Part shown: piece by piece, positions 26,669 through 35,593 of the stretch | Layout: every line of letters starts with the position of its first letter | Numbering within the stretch: the stretch's first letter is position 1 | Origin: Candidatus Sumerlaeota bacterium | Lineage (GTDB): Bacteria; Sumerlaeota; Sumerlaeia; MWCT01; JAUWMI01 | Length of the DNA: 64,000 nt | Direction: 5' to 3' | Assembly: GCA_030613245.1 (NCBI GenBank) | Contig: JAUWMI010000022.1 | Span: 2,114-66,113, forward strand | Translations under genes and position numbers: made by a program | Notes under the pieces: model-generated | Database searches by the model: none | Seen by the model: only the letters and a program-made list of their open reading frames with translations | What the model was told of the DNA's origin: nothing

Positions 26669-28087
26669 TTAATCAATGATCCTGAGCCGTTTGAATTGCC
26701 CGACGTCCTGATACCACGCTGCAGTGGGATTTGGCTTCGTATGCAGATAATCCGCTGCCTGGAGGCCCATGTAAATTGAATGATCCATGTTATTATGATG
26801 AAAGAGGCCCTGGCGACCGATCGTCATGAGGCCGGGGAATTGCTGGAAGAACTGCCAGAGACATCCCAGGCGAGTGCTGTATTCAAGGTCGTAGAGCGGA
26901 TATGCGTGCTGAATAGAGAAGACAGAAGTTGCGACAACGTCCTCGATTCGATACCGGCCGGTTTGAGCAATTTGGCCAGATACCTTCGCGGCCAGCTCAT
27001 CCGAAGGCATGGTCCAGATCTTGTCTCCCTCGTAGCACGTCACCTCGGCACAAAGCATGGCTTTGTCCGCTGGGCCAAGCGACGGATCGAAATTCTTCGT
27101 TTCATAGGCCCGGTTGACCAGCATGTCTGGCTCCGGGAAGTAGAGCCAGCTATTAGGACTGATCTGGGACTTTCCAACCACAATGAAGACCAGCCGCATG
27201 GCAATATATTTAAAATCACGGAGCAGACCCCTGATACTCTCATCAGGATGATGTTGCACAAGCATTCCGGCAAGCTCGGTAACCGGGATGGAGGAGATGC
27301 AGAACTCCCCTTCCGCGTGGCGTTCCTGACCATTGGCTTGGTATGTCACGCGGCAGCCGTTTGCTCGATCATGATCAACGTGTGTGACAGTTGCGGACGT
27401 CCGGATTTGCCCTACATTGGCACGCACAAGCTCTGCCAGCCGCTCAGGCAGCTTTGCAATCCCCCCTTTCACGTAGGTGAACGTCTTGAGCGTTGTGGAA
27501 GAGTTATCGCGCTTGCCTGATACAATTTCTTTAGCGAGTGTGAGCAGTCCACCAGCCGAGACTCTCACGCTGACGATATCAGCCGAGAGTTGGCGCGGGT
27601 CGATTCCCCAGACTTTTTTCGTATAGGGCAGAATCATTGCTTGATAAAGGGCTGGCCCGAAGGCCTTTCGCATGGCTGTGTCGTAATTATGGTAATGAGA
27701 TTTCTTCCCGCCTCCGCGTACCCGTTCGAATAAATAGCTCAGCATGAAACGGCTCAACGCGATTGGCCCAAGATGGCGCAGCAGCTCCAATGGCGAAATG
27801 GGGTACGCCAGGTATCGTCCGCGAAAATACATCTGACTCTTTCGCACGACGGTCAGGAGATGATCGCCGAGGAGCTCGTCGAGAAAGTCGCGAATCTCGG
27901 GCAGTTCGGTATGAAAGCGATGCGGGCCCAGGTCGGTCACAATGTCCTGGATCTGAAGACTTCGAGCGAGGCCGCCAACCTCGCTTTCTTTCTCCAGCAC
28001 CAGCACGTCGTACTCCCCGAGCCTCGTGAGACGATAGGCTGCTGCGAGTCCTGCAAGACCAGCACCAAGGATAATAACGCGCTTCAC
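26669..28087 (-). CDS. FAD-dependent oxidoreductase (protoporphyrinogen oxidase / UDP-galactopyranose mutase-like)
   Basis: GAGLAG, VGGLARS, DLGPHRF, WLYFPE, HAYPLY, GRQGLFHHNNMDHS. Confidence 0.85.
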   Translation of the reverse strand: MKRVIILGAGLAGLAAAYRLTRLGEYDVLVLEKESEVGGLARSLQIQDIVTDLGPHRFHTELPEIRDFLDELLGDHLLTVVRKSQMYFRGRYLAYPISPLELLRHLGPIALSRFMLSYLFERVRGGGKKSHYHNYDTAMRKAFGPALYQAMILPYTKKVWGIDPRQLSADIVSVRVSAGGLLTLAKEIVSGKRDNSSTTLKTFTYVKGGIAKLPERLAELVRANVGQIRTSATVTHVDHDRANGCRVTYQANGQERHAEGEFCISSIPVTELAGMLVQHHPDESIRGLLRDFKYIAMRLVFIVVGKSQISPNSWLYFPEPDMLVNRAYETKNFDPSLGPADKAMLCAEVTCYEGDKIWTMPSDELAAKVSGQIAQTGRYRIEDVVATSVFSIQHAYPLYDLEYSTRLGCLWQFFQQFPGLMTIGRQGLFHHNNMDHSIYMGLQAADYLHTKPNPTAAWYQDVGQFKRLRIID

Positions 28088-28119
28088 TATATCAATTCCA
28101 CCTGTGGGTTAATGGCGAG

Positions 28120-28800
28120 TTAGCGAAAGAAGCGGTATTTGAACAGCACATATACGGCGATAAGGAAGTCGCGCCAGCCGATCTTCTTGCCTTCTTCCAC
28201 GGACCGGGCTGTAAACGTGACCGGCACCTCAATAATCCGTTCGCCCTGGCGCATAACTTTTGCGGTTACCTCAGGACAGAATTCAAATCGGCGACACGTG
28301 AGGTGAAGTCCCTGAACCACCTCACGGCGGAAGGCTTTGTAGGCCGTGGCTTCGTCGGTGATTCTCTGGCCGTAGAGAATAGTGACGAGGAAGGCCAGGA
28401 ATTTGTTTGCCACGTAGTTTGCCAAACGCATGCGTTTCACTTCGCCAAGGAATCGCGATCCGTAGGCCACCCGCGTTCGGCCGTCCACAATTGGCTGAAT
28501 CACCGCAGGAATCTCTTTGGGATTATACTCCAGATCTGCGTCCTGGATAATGACAATATCGCCGGTCGCGTGTTTGAGGCCTGTGCGGATTGATGCACCC
28601 TTTCCCCGGTTTTCTGTATGGGTAATTACGAGCGTATCGGGCTTCAATGCTTCCTTTTTCAGAATCTCGGCCGTGCCATCAGTGGAACAATCGTCCACCA
28701 AAATGAGCTCCTTCTCGATGGGTAAGGCGCGAACCCGCTTAAGAACTGTTTCAATCAGATCTGCCTCGTTATAGATAGGAATAATGAACGAAAGTTTCAT
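28120..28800 (-). CDS. GT2 polyprenol-phosphate glycosyltransferase-like
   Basis: IIPIYNE, DDCSTDGT, NRGKG, QDADLEY, YGSRF; start ATG 28800. Confidence 0.9.
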   Translation of the reverse strand: MKLSFIIPIYNEADLIETVLKRVRALPIEKELILVDDCSTDGTAEILKKEALKPDTLVITHTENRGKGASIRTGLKHATGDIVIIQDADLEYNPKEIPAVIQPIVDGRTRVAYGSRFLGEVKRMRLANYVANKFLAFLVTILYGQRITDEATAYKAFRREVVQGLHLTCRRFEFCPEVTAKVMRQGERIIEVPVTFTARSVEEGKKIGWRDFLIAVYVLFKYRFFR

Positions 28801-29105
28801 CGCGGGGAGTCTGTGGCCTTTACGTGGGTCTCGGCAGTGCCCGGGTTGTTCCTCTTGTCTTTCAAATTGCAAACAATGACAGGCACGACATGACGCCTGT
28901 TGTCAGCGCCGTGATACCATTTCTGGTTATGCAATATGGGCGCAGTACAATGGAAAAGCCTCAGGCGCACCTTCGTAAGATTCAAGCAACCGGCTTTTTG
29001 AATTTCAACTGATAGTGGAGGGGCTGAGATTTGTCAATTGCTTTTGTCGTAGGGTAAGGGCTAGTTTTGTCATTGAGCATTTTCTTGGTAGGGAATGAAA
29101 AATCA

Positions 29106-29190
29106 CGGGCATGTTGAAAATGCGCCTGGTGCGTGATGCCCGTGCCACTGCTACTATTTTTGGTGGAACGGGCATCCTGCCCGTTGGCAT
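29106..29190. repeat. GTGG-type REP doublet
   Basis: CGGGCAT..ATGCCCGTGCCAC and GGTGGAACGGGCATCCTGCCCGTT. Confidence 0.6.
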
Positions 29191-29226
29191 CCGGCTGAAT
29201 CCTTTAGAGAAGGAACGTTTTCTGCG

Positions 29227-29676
29227 CTATGACTCCTTCAGATTCACTTTAATCTTCTTGGGCAACGCCACCTCGGCTTTCGGCATCTTGATCTCAAGGA
29301 CCCCTTTCTTATAGTTGGCCTTTATCTCCTTTTCTTTGACCTCAACAGGCAGAGGGATGGAGCGGTAGAAAGAGCCGTGGCTGCATTCCATAATGTGGTA
29401 GTTTTTCTTCTTCTCTTCTTTCTTGAACTTCTTCTTGCCCTGAATGATCAGATTGTTGCCCGAGAGTTCAACGTCAATATCCTCAGGATTCATGCCGGGT
29501 AATTCGGCTTTGACGATAATATCTTTGTCCGTCTCTTCGAGATCCACGACCGGGGCTATCAGATCGGCAGCTTCTTTACCTTTACCGCGGCCAAAGAAAC
29601 TATCGAAGAGGCGATCCATCTCCTTGCGCAAATCGGCCAATGGCCCGAAAATTGGCTTCCATGGCAATCGTTCCAT
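29227..29676 (-). CDS. Small heat shock protein Hsp20
   Basis: PVVDLEET..AELPG..GSFYRSIPLP..ANYKKGVLEI, C-terminal IKV. Confidence 0.93.
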   Translation of the reverse strand: MERLPWKPIFGPLADLRKEMDRLFDSFFGRGKGKEAADLIAPVVDLEETDKDIIVKAELPGMNPEDIDVELSGNNLIIQGKKKFKKEEKKKNYHIMECSHGSFYRSIPLPVEVKEKEIKANYKKGVLEIKMPKAEVALPKKIKVNLKES

Positions 29677-29817
29677 TTCCTCAGCCCCCTTTTTGACTGG
29701 AATGCTTTATCGAATGCTACTTAATTCTTAACGCCTGAATCGTTTTGACTATTGTACGGCCAAAGCTGATTCAGCTAATGTTTCCAGGCTCTGTACAGAA
29801 CTCCTGTTTATCATAAT

Positions 29818-29907
29818 TGGCGGAGAGGGAGGGATTCGAACCCTCGGGGCAGTTCCCCACCCACACGCTCTCCAGGCGTGCTCCTTCAACCACTCGGACA
29901 CCTCTCC
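29818..29907 (-). tRNA. tRNA-Ser(GGA)
   Basis: GGAGAGGTGTCCGAGTGGTTGAAGGAGCACGC-CTGGAGA-GCGTG, long variable arm, GGTTCGAATCC, CCA. Confidence 0.95.
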
Positions 29908-30051
29908 GCGCGATTCTCCAAAAAGCCCAAAATCGAAATACCTGCAATCGGCTTTTCTTATTATTGATTCCAATTTTTATTGAAAGGTTAGCATTGGCTG
30001 CGTATTTTTCAACTGTTTTCTTATGCTGTCTTCACCTTATTATGAATAAAT

Positions 30052-30237
30052 ATTGCCACAGAGACACAGAGGCACAGAGATTTTCAAAGATTTCAATCAC
30101 TTCGCCTGCTAAAGACATGTATTGACAACTTTTTGCTTTGCCCAATAGAATCCCTTGTAGATTTCTTATCAACCTGCCGATACTATTAATGGCGTGCTTG
30201 GATTTAATGCTCTGTGCCTCTGTGCCTCTGTGGCAAT
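30052..30237. repeat. MITE-like element with 28-bp terminal inverted repeats
   Basis: ATTGCCACAGAGACACAGAGGCACAGAG ... CTCTGTGCCTCTGTGCCTCTGTGGCAAT (1 mismatch). Confidence 0.8.
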
Positions 30238-30313
30238 CTTTAATGAACCTCAGGCTCATTGATCAAAATACGCCATAAGGCGATATCGTAATAAAGAGAT
30301 TTTCTGCTCCGCA

Positions 30314-31429
30314 ATGAACATTGCACTCGACATTCGTATGATCAACTATTCAGGGATCGGAACGTACGTTCGTGGGCTCCTGGAGGGCTTTTCAGCGCTT
30401 GCGGATGAAGATGTGAGCCTCTATTTGCTTGGCAATGAGCCGCAAGTACCTCGTGTTCCATCAAAGCTGTGCTGCGAGTATCGCTGCCTTTCACTGCCGA
30501 TTTACAGTTTTCGCGAACATCTCTTCTATCCGCGCACCGTGCCGCAGGTCGTATGTCTCCACCACCCACATTACCATTGTCCAGTATCTTATCGGGGCCG
30601 GCTAGTTGTGACGATTCACGATTTGAACCATTTTCTCTTTCCCGAGTACTTACCCACACATTTGCACCATATCGTGGCCAAGTGGATTCTGAAGCGTTCA
30701 ATCCGTCGTGCAAGCAGAATCATTACGGTTTCTGAGTATATTAAGGGCCAATTGGTGGAATATCTTCACACTGAGGCAGAGAAGATTGATGTAATCCCTA
30801 ACGCAGTGAGCGAAGAGCTCAGACCATGCGACGATCAGGAGCGTGTTGTCCAGTTTCAGAAAAAGCATCAGCTGCCAGCTCAGTATTTGCTCACCGTGGG
30901 GATCAACAAGCCGCATAAGAATTATGAATTTTTGCTGCGGGTGATGGCCCACTGCTGGCAGAGCAAGGCGGTCGAGCTCCCGCTTGTGTTTTGTGGTATT
31001 TCGGAGCGGAGCAGGGCGAATCTTGTAGCAACTATTGAATCGCTGAATATAGGGCCGCGTGTGATCTTTCTGCCGTATGTTGCTCACCCTGAGCTGGCGC
31101 TGGTATATGCAGGGGCAACGGCTCTGGTTTTTCCGTCGTTGTACGAAGGGTTTGGTTTGCCGCTGCTTGAGGCCATGAAGATGGGTGTTCCTATTGCCGC
31201 ATCAAAACGACCACCCATGCCTGAGGTTGCAGGCGATGCAGCGGTTTGGTTTGACCCAACCGACATGGATGAGGCAGGGGCAGCAATTCAGCGTGTGGTC
31301 GGCGACCAGACGTTGCGCATGTCGCTCATCAAACAGGGCCGCGAGCGGGCTCAGACGTTTAGCTGGGAGAAAAGTGCCCGCGCAACTCTGGATGTCTATA
31401 AACACATTCAAAACACGAGTGGCGTATAA
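30314..31429 (+). CDS. GT4 glycosyltransferase (MtfB-like)
   Basis: SGIGTY, TIHD, PHKN, PSLYEGFGLPLLEAM. Confidence 0.92.
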   Translation: MNIALDIRMINYSGIGTYVRGLLEGFSALADEDVSLYLLGNEPQVPRVPSKLCCEYRCLSLPIYSFREHLFYPRTVPQVVCLHHPHYHCPVSYRGRLVVTIHDLNHFLFPEYLPTHLHHIVAKWILKRSIRRASRIITVSEYIKGQLVEYLHTEAEKIDVIPNAVSEELRPCDDQERVVQFQKKHQLPAQYLLTVGINKPHKNYEFLLRVMAHCWQSKAVELPLVFCGISERSRANLVATIESLNIGPRVIFLPYVAHPELALVYAGATALVFPSLYEGFGLPLLEAMKMGVPIAASKRPPMPEVAGDAAVWFDPTDMDEAGAAIQRVVGDQTLRMSLIKQGRERAQTFSWEKSARATLDVYKHIQNTSGV

Positions 31430-32529
31430 TGAGAGTAGCACTTGTTCACGACTGGCTCAATGCAATGCGCGGTGGCGAGAAGATTCTGGAGCTCTTGTGT
31501 GAGCTCTTTCCAGAGGCCGAAATTTTTACATTGTTCTACGAGCCGGACAACGTTTCGGCCTTAATTGCGTCCAAGCCAGTGCACGCATCTCCACTTCAGC
31601 GGTTTCCGTGGGCGCGCAAAGCATATCGTCATTACTTGCCGCTTTACCCTTGGGCGATTGAGCGCTTCCGGCTGCAGGGATTTGACCTGGTAATCTCAAC
31701 AAGCCACTGTGCGGCAAAGGGCATCCGGGTTCCGCCGCCAGCCCGCCACGTGTGTTACTGTCTGACGCCCATGCGCTACATTTGGGATTTGTTTGATGTC
31801 TATTTTCCGCGCCACGGACCGCGGCCATTGAGCTCGCTGGCTATGCGGCTAATGGTCAAGCGCCTGAGGCGGTGGGACGTGGCGACTGCTCAGAGAGTAG
31901 ATTTTTTTATTGCAATTTCCGAGTACATTGCTAAAAAGATTTCCAGGTACTACGGGCAGAGCGCAGCCGTTATCTATCCGCCGGTTGATACGGAGTTTTT
32001 CACACCGGGCAGTGTAAAGAAGTCCAGACAGTATCTTATCGTTTCAGCCTTGGTTCCGTACAAACGCACTGAAATTGCTATTGCAGCTTTTAATAAACTC
32101 GGGCTTCCTCTGGTGATTGTTGGGGAAGGCCCTGAGGCGCGGCGACTGCACGCAATCGCGAAGAAGAATATTACATTCCTGGGGTGGGTTAAAAACGAGT
32201 GGCTGCGGCAGCTTTATCGCGAGAGTCAGGCGCTTATATTCCCGGGCGAGGAAGATTTCGGCTTAGTGCCCGTTGAGGCGCAAGCGTGTGGGATACCGGT
32301 GATTGCTTATAAGAAGGGCGGAGTCCTGGAGAGCGTTGTGGATAGCATTACGGGTTGTTTTTTTGAGCCACAAACTGCGGATGCACTCCGAGAAGCTGTA
32401 GAGCGGTTTGACCCGATCCGCTACGAGACCGCGACTGTCCGGAAGAATGCAGAGCAATTCTCAAAGCAACGCTGCGCCGAGCAGCTGCGCGAATTTGTTG
32501 CATTGAAAATGGCGGAGAAGAATGGCTAG
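31429..32529 (+). CDS. GT4 glycosyltransferase (WbaZ-like)
   Basis: ALVHDWL..RGGEK, TPMRYIWD, EEDFGLVPVEAQACG. Confidence 0.92.
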   Translation: MRVALVHDWLNAMRGGEKILELLCELFPEAEIFTLFYEPDNVSALIASKPVHASPLQRFPWARKAYRHYLPLYPWAIERFRLQGFDLVISTSHCAAKGIRVPPPARHVCYCLTPMRYIWDLFDVYFPRHGPRPLSSLAMRLMVKRLRRWDVATAQRVDFFIAISEYIAKKISRYYGQSAAVIYPPVDTEFFTPGSVKKSRQYLIVSALVPYKRTEIAIAAFNKLGLPLVIVGEGPEARRLHAIAKKNITFLGWVKNEWLRQLYRESQALIFPGEEDFGLVPVEAQACGIPVIAYKKGGVLESVVDSITGCFFEPQTADALREAVERFDPIRYETATVRKNAEQFSKQRCAEQLREFVALKMAEKNG

Positions 32530-33919
32530 ACGAGACCATAACATGAATATTCTGGGGGCAATTGTGTTAACGGATTTTGCTGCTACTGCTATTGCACTGA
32601 TCGTAGCTTACTTCTTCCGATTCCATGCCAATATTATTCCGGTGACCAAGGGTTACTGCCCAGAGGACTACCTGCGGCTCCTGCCGTTTGCCGTGATCCT
32701 CTGGATGGTATCATTGTATTTTGTTCACATGTATAGGCCTGAGTCACGGGTGTTTAACATGCGCGTGTTCGTGAAGATTGTTAAGGGCTCGCTGCTTGCT
32801 ATCGTTCTGGTGATCGCCGGGAACTTCTTTGTTCGAGAGGCGGAATATGCACGAGTGCTCTTTCCCATTGCTTTGGTGTTTAGCATTGTCAGCCTGACTA
32901 CCAGCCGCTTTGCTGTCGAACGATTCCTTATGTATCTACGCCGTAAGCACGGGATTGGCATTTCGCGGGTTATCATTGTGGGTGCTGGCCAGGTGGCCCA
33001 CGGAATTGGCGACAAAATATGCCAGTATCCTCAGTACGGATTTTCGCTGCAAGGTTATGTGTCCGACAAACCCGAGGACGTAGGGCAAACGATCGGTTCG
33101 GTGAAGGTGATTGGCACAACCGACGAGTTGAGTGATCTCGTGAAGCGCTACAATGTTGATCAGGTGCTTGTAGCTCAGCCAGGGCTTGTACGGGATCGTA
33201 TTCTGACGATGATTGACGAATGCGAGCGCGAATTTGTTGAACTCAAGGTTGTTCCTGATCTGCTTGAGATAGTGGCAAGCGAAATAAACGTTGAGGAAAT
33301 TCACGGCATCCCCTTTTTCAGCATAAAGGCCACTCCGCTGCAAGGCTGGAATTTGATTCTGAAGCGAGTGTTTGACGTAGCTGTTTCGGCTTTCTTGCTG
33401 GTGGTAATGTCTCCTGTTATTCTGTTTATTTCGATTCTGGTCAAGCGCGACTCGGCTGGCCCCGCCTTTTACAAGCAGGAGCGCATTGGCCTGGACGGGA
33501 AACGGTTTTTGCTCGTTAAATTTCGGACGATGATTTACGATGCCGAGCGCGAGACTGGCCCGGTCTGGGCAAAACACAACGACTTGCGTATTACATGTAT
33601 TGGCAAGTGGCTGCGAGCCTATGATCTGGATGAATTGCCTCAGCTCATTAACGTCTTGCACGGTGATATGAGCCTGGTAGGGCCGCGACCTGAACGTCCC
33701 TTCTTTGTCGAGCAGTTCAAGGAACAGCTCCCTCGCTATATGGCTCGCCATAATGTTAAGTCTGGCATCACCGGGTGGGCACAGGTGAATGGCTATCGAC
33801 AGAATAGTTCAATCACCCAGCGCCTGAAGTACGATCTCTTTTACGTTAAGAATTGGACGCTGTGGTTCGACATCAAAATCATTCTAATGACCCTGTTGAA
33901 GAAAAAGGTTATAGAGTAG
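32522..33919 (+). CDS. Undecaprenyl-phosphate glucose phosphotransferase (WcaJ/CpsE family)
   Basis: KRVFD, KFRTM, LDELPQLINVLHGDMSLVGPRPERP, GITGWAQVNG. Confidence 0.92.
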   Translation: MARRDHNMNILGAIVLTDFAATAIALIVAYFFRFHANIIPVTKGYCPEDYLRLLPFAVILWMVSLYFVHMYRPESRVFNMRVFVKIVKGSLLAIVLVIAGNFFVREAEYARVLFPIALVFSIVSLTTSRFAVERFLMYLRRKHGIGISRVIIVGAGQVAHGIGDKICQYPQYGFSLQGYVSDKPEDVGQTIGSVKVIGTTDELSDLVKRYNVDQVLVAQPGLVRDRILTMIDECEREFVELKVVPDLLEIVASEINVEEIHGIPFFSIKATPLQGWNLILKRVFDVAVSAFLLVVMSPVILFISILVKRDSAGPAFYKQERIGLDGKRFLLVKFRTMIYDAERETGPVWAKHNDLRITCIGKWLRAYDLDELPQLINVLHGDMSLVGPRPERPFFVEQFKEQLPRYMARHNVKSGITGWAQVNGYRQNSSITQRLKYDLFYVKNWTLWFDIKIILMTLLKKKVIE

Positions 33920-34047
33920 GAAACACGAAGTCTTTTCTACCGTGGACTAGTCTTCACTCATTTATACCTTTGCTATAAACCAAATGATACAGCTTACATC
34001 GGCGTGTTTTTCCAGGTCGAGAAAAGCTTGCCATTGAGGTCTTGCCA

Positions 34048-34764
34048 ATGAAACGGCTGCAGTCGAAAGTAGCGCTGGTAACAGGGGCAAGCAAAGGGAT
34101 TGGTTTTGCCATTGCTCGCAGCTTTGCCGAAGAGGGCTGTGGCGTTATGTTATGTGCCCGAACAGAGCAATCTCTGCGCGATGTCGCGAAGACCCTGCAG
34201 TCGCTGGGTTCACCGATAGATTTTCTTGCGGCAGACGTCTCTGTTCCGGCTGATGTTGACCGTCTGGTCGAATCAACGCTGAAGCAATTTGGCCACATAG
34301 ACATTCTGGTAAACAACGCGGGTATCGGCATATTTAAAGGGGTTGATCAGCTTTCGGACGAGGAATGGAATCAGACGCTGTCAATTAATCTCACCGGGCC
34401 GTTCTATCTTATGCGGGCTTGCTTGCCCCTGATGAAAAAGCAGCGCAGCGGACACATTATCAACATTTCATCACTAGCCGGGCAAAATCCCTTCGCTGGA
34501 GGGTCTGCCTACTGTGCCTCAAAATTTGGCCTGAACGGCCTGACCGAATGCGTCATGCTTGAGGCTCGATCTCATAATATTAAAGTCACGCTTGTATGCC
34601 CGGGCTCAGTCAATACCACCTTTGCTGGCGGCCACAAGGAAAATCTCTCATGGAAAGTTGTACCGGAAGACATTGGCAGGTTATGTGTAGAGATTGTTTT
34701 GCTCTCCGGTCCTACCCTGGTCTCGAAATACGAAGTTCGTCCTGTCAGTCCGCCGAAAAAGTAG
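34048..34764 (+). CDS. SDR family oxidoreductase
   Basis: TGASKGIG, NNAG, YCASK. Confidence 0.92.
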   Translation: MKRLQSKVALVTGASKGIGFAIARSFAEEGCGVMLCARTEQSLRDVAKTLQSLGSPIDFLAADVSVPADVDRLVESTLKQFGHIDILVNNAGIGIFKGVDQLSDEEWNQTLSINLTGPFYLMRACLPLMKKQRSGHIINISSLAGQNPFAGGSAYCASKFGLNGLTECVMLEARSHNIKVTLVCPGSVNTTFAGGHKENLSWKVVPEDIGRLCVEIVLLSGPTLVSKYEVRPVSPPKK

Positions 34765-34892
34765 GACATTTGCTGGTCTTGCGCCTACGGTTAAGCGAAT
34801 CCACCGGCAACAACTTGTGTGGTAGCGTGTAACGAGGAGTGTAGGAACATGAATCAACCTAGGCGCCAGAGAGGTAAAACCGAAGAATGGAA

Positions 34893-35429
34893 TCAGAGGG
34901 TTTCAACGGTGATGAAATCATTCGTATGTACGCAAATAGAGGCAGCGATTTTAATAGACTGTGTTGCAATCTCCTGGGCACTCAGCTTCGTATACTGGGT
35001 AAGGGCTCGAGCAGCAGCCAGGGCATAACCTCCCCCCGAACCAATCGCCGCGAGATTATCATCCGGCTCGATTACGTCGCCATTACCCGAAAGAACAAGA
35101 ATACTTTCCTTATTGGCCGCGACCAAGAGCGCCTCCAGACGACGGAGGTACTTATCGGTGCGCCAATCCTTTGCCAGCTCAACCGCGGCTCGTCCCAGAT
35201 TCCCGCTATACTGTTCGAGCTTTGCCTCTAGCTTCTCAAAGAGTGCAAGGGCGTCTGCCGCTGCTCCTGCAAATCCTGCGATAATGGTATCATTATATAG
35301 GCGTCGCACCTTTCGCGCTTTGCTCTTCAATATTTCCGACTGGTGAGACACCATTCCGTCACCAGCCACGGCAACCTGATCGCCATGTTTTACCACAATT
35401 ATGGTTGTTCCCTTTATGCTGGCGGGCAT
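34893..35429 (-). CDS. hslV: ATP-dependent protease subunit HslV
   Basis: GTTI N-terminal Thr, [23 protein letters not shown]; start ATG 35429. Confidence 0.95.
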   Translation of the reverse strand: MPASIKGTTIIVVKHGDQVAVAGDGMVSHQSEILKSKARKVRRLYNDTIIAGFAGAAADALALFEKLEAKLEQYSGNLGRAAVELAKDWRTDKYLRRLEALLVAANKESILVLSGNGDVIEPDDNLAAIGSGGGYALAAARALTQYTKLSAQEIATQSIKIAASICVHTNDFITVETL

Positions 35430-35593
35430 CTTCTGCTTTCTCCTACGCAGGCACTCGGACTGAATCACTCTGGCCTATGGCGACCGAGCCCCTGCTCTAG
35501 TTCTCAGTTAGCATCAATTTTCTCAAGCATAGTATTGTCAAATTGAAGAGAGAGATGTAATGGACGCAGCCTTTAGGCTCGCGCGACCCTCTG

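Noticed and set aside
29749-30259. Short ORFs near tRNA-Ser
   Set aside because: They overlap the tRNA or the CACAGAG repeat element and are translation artefacts.
32936-33751. Long antisense ORFs (271 aa here; also 26780-27520, 58216-59016, 60576-61412)
   Set aside because: Shadow frames of well-supported genes on the opposite strand; no motifs.
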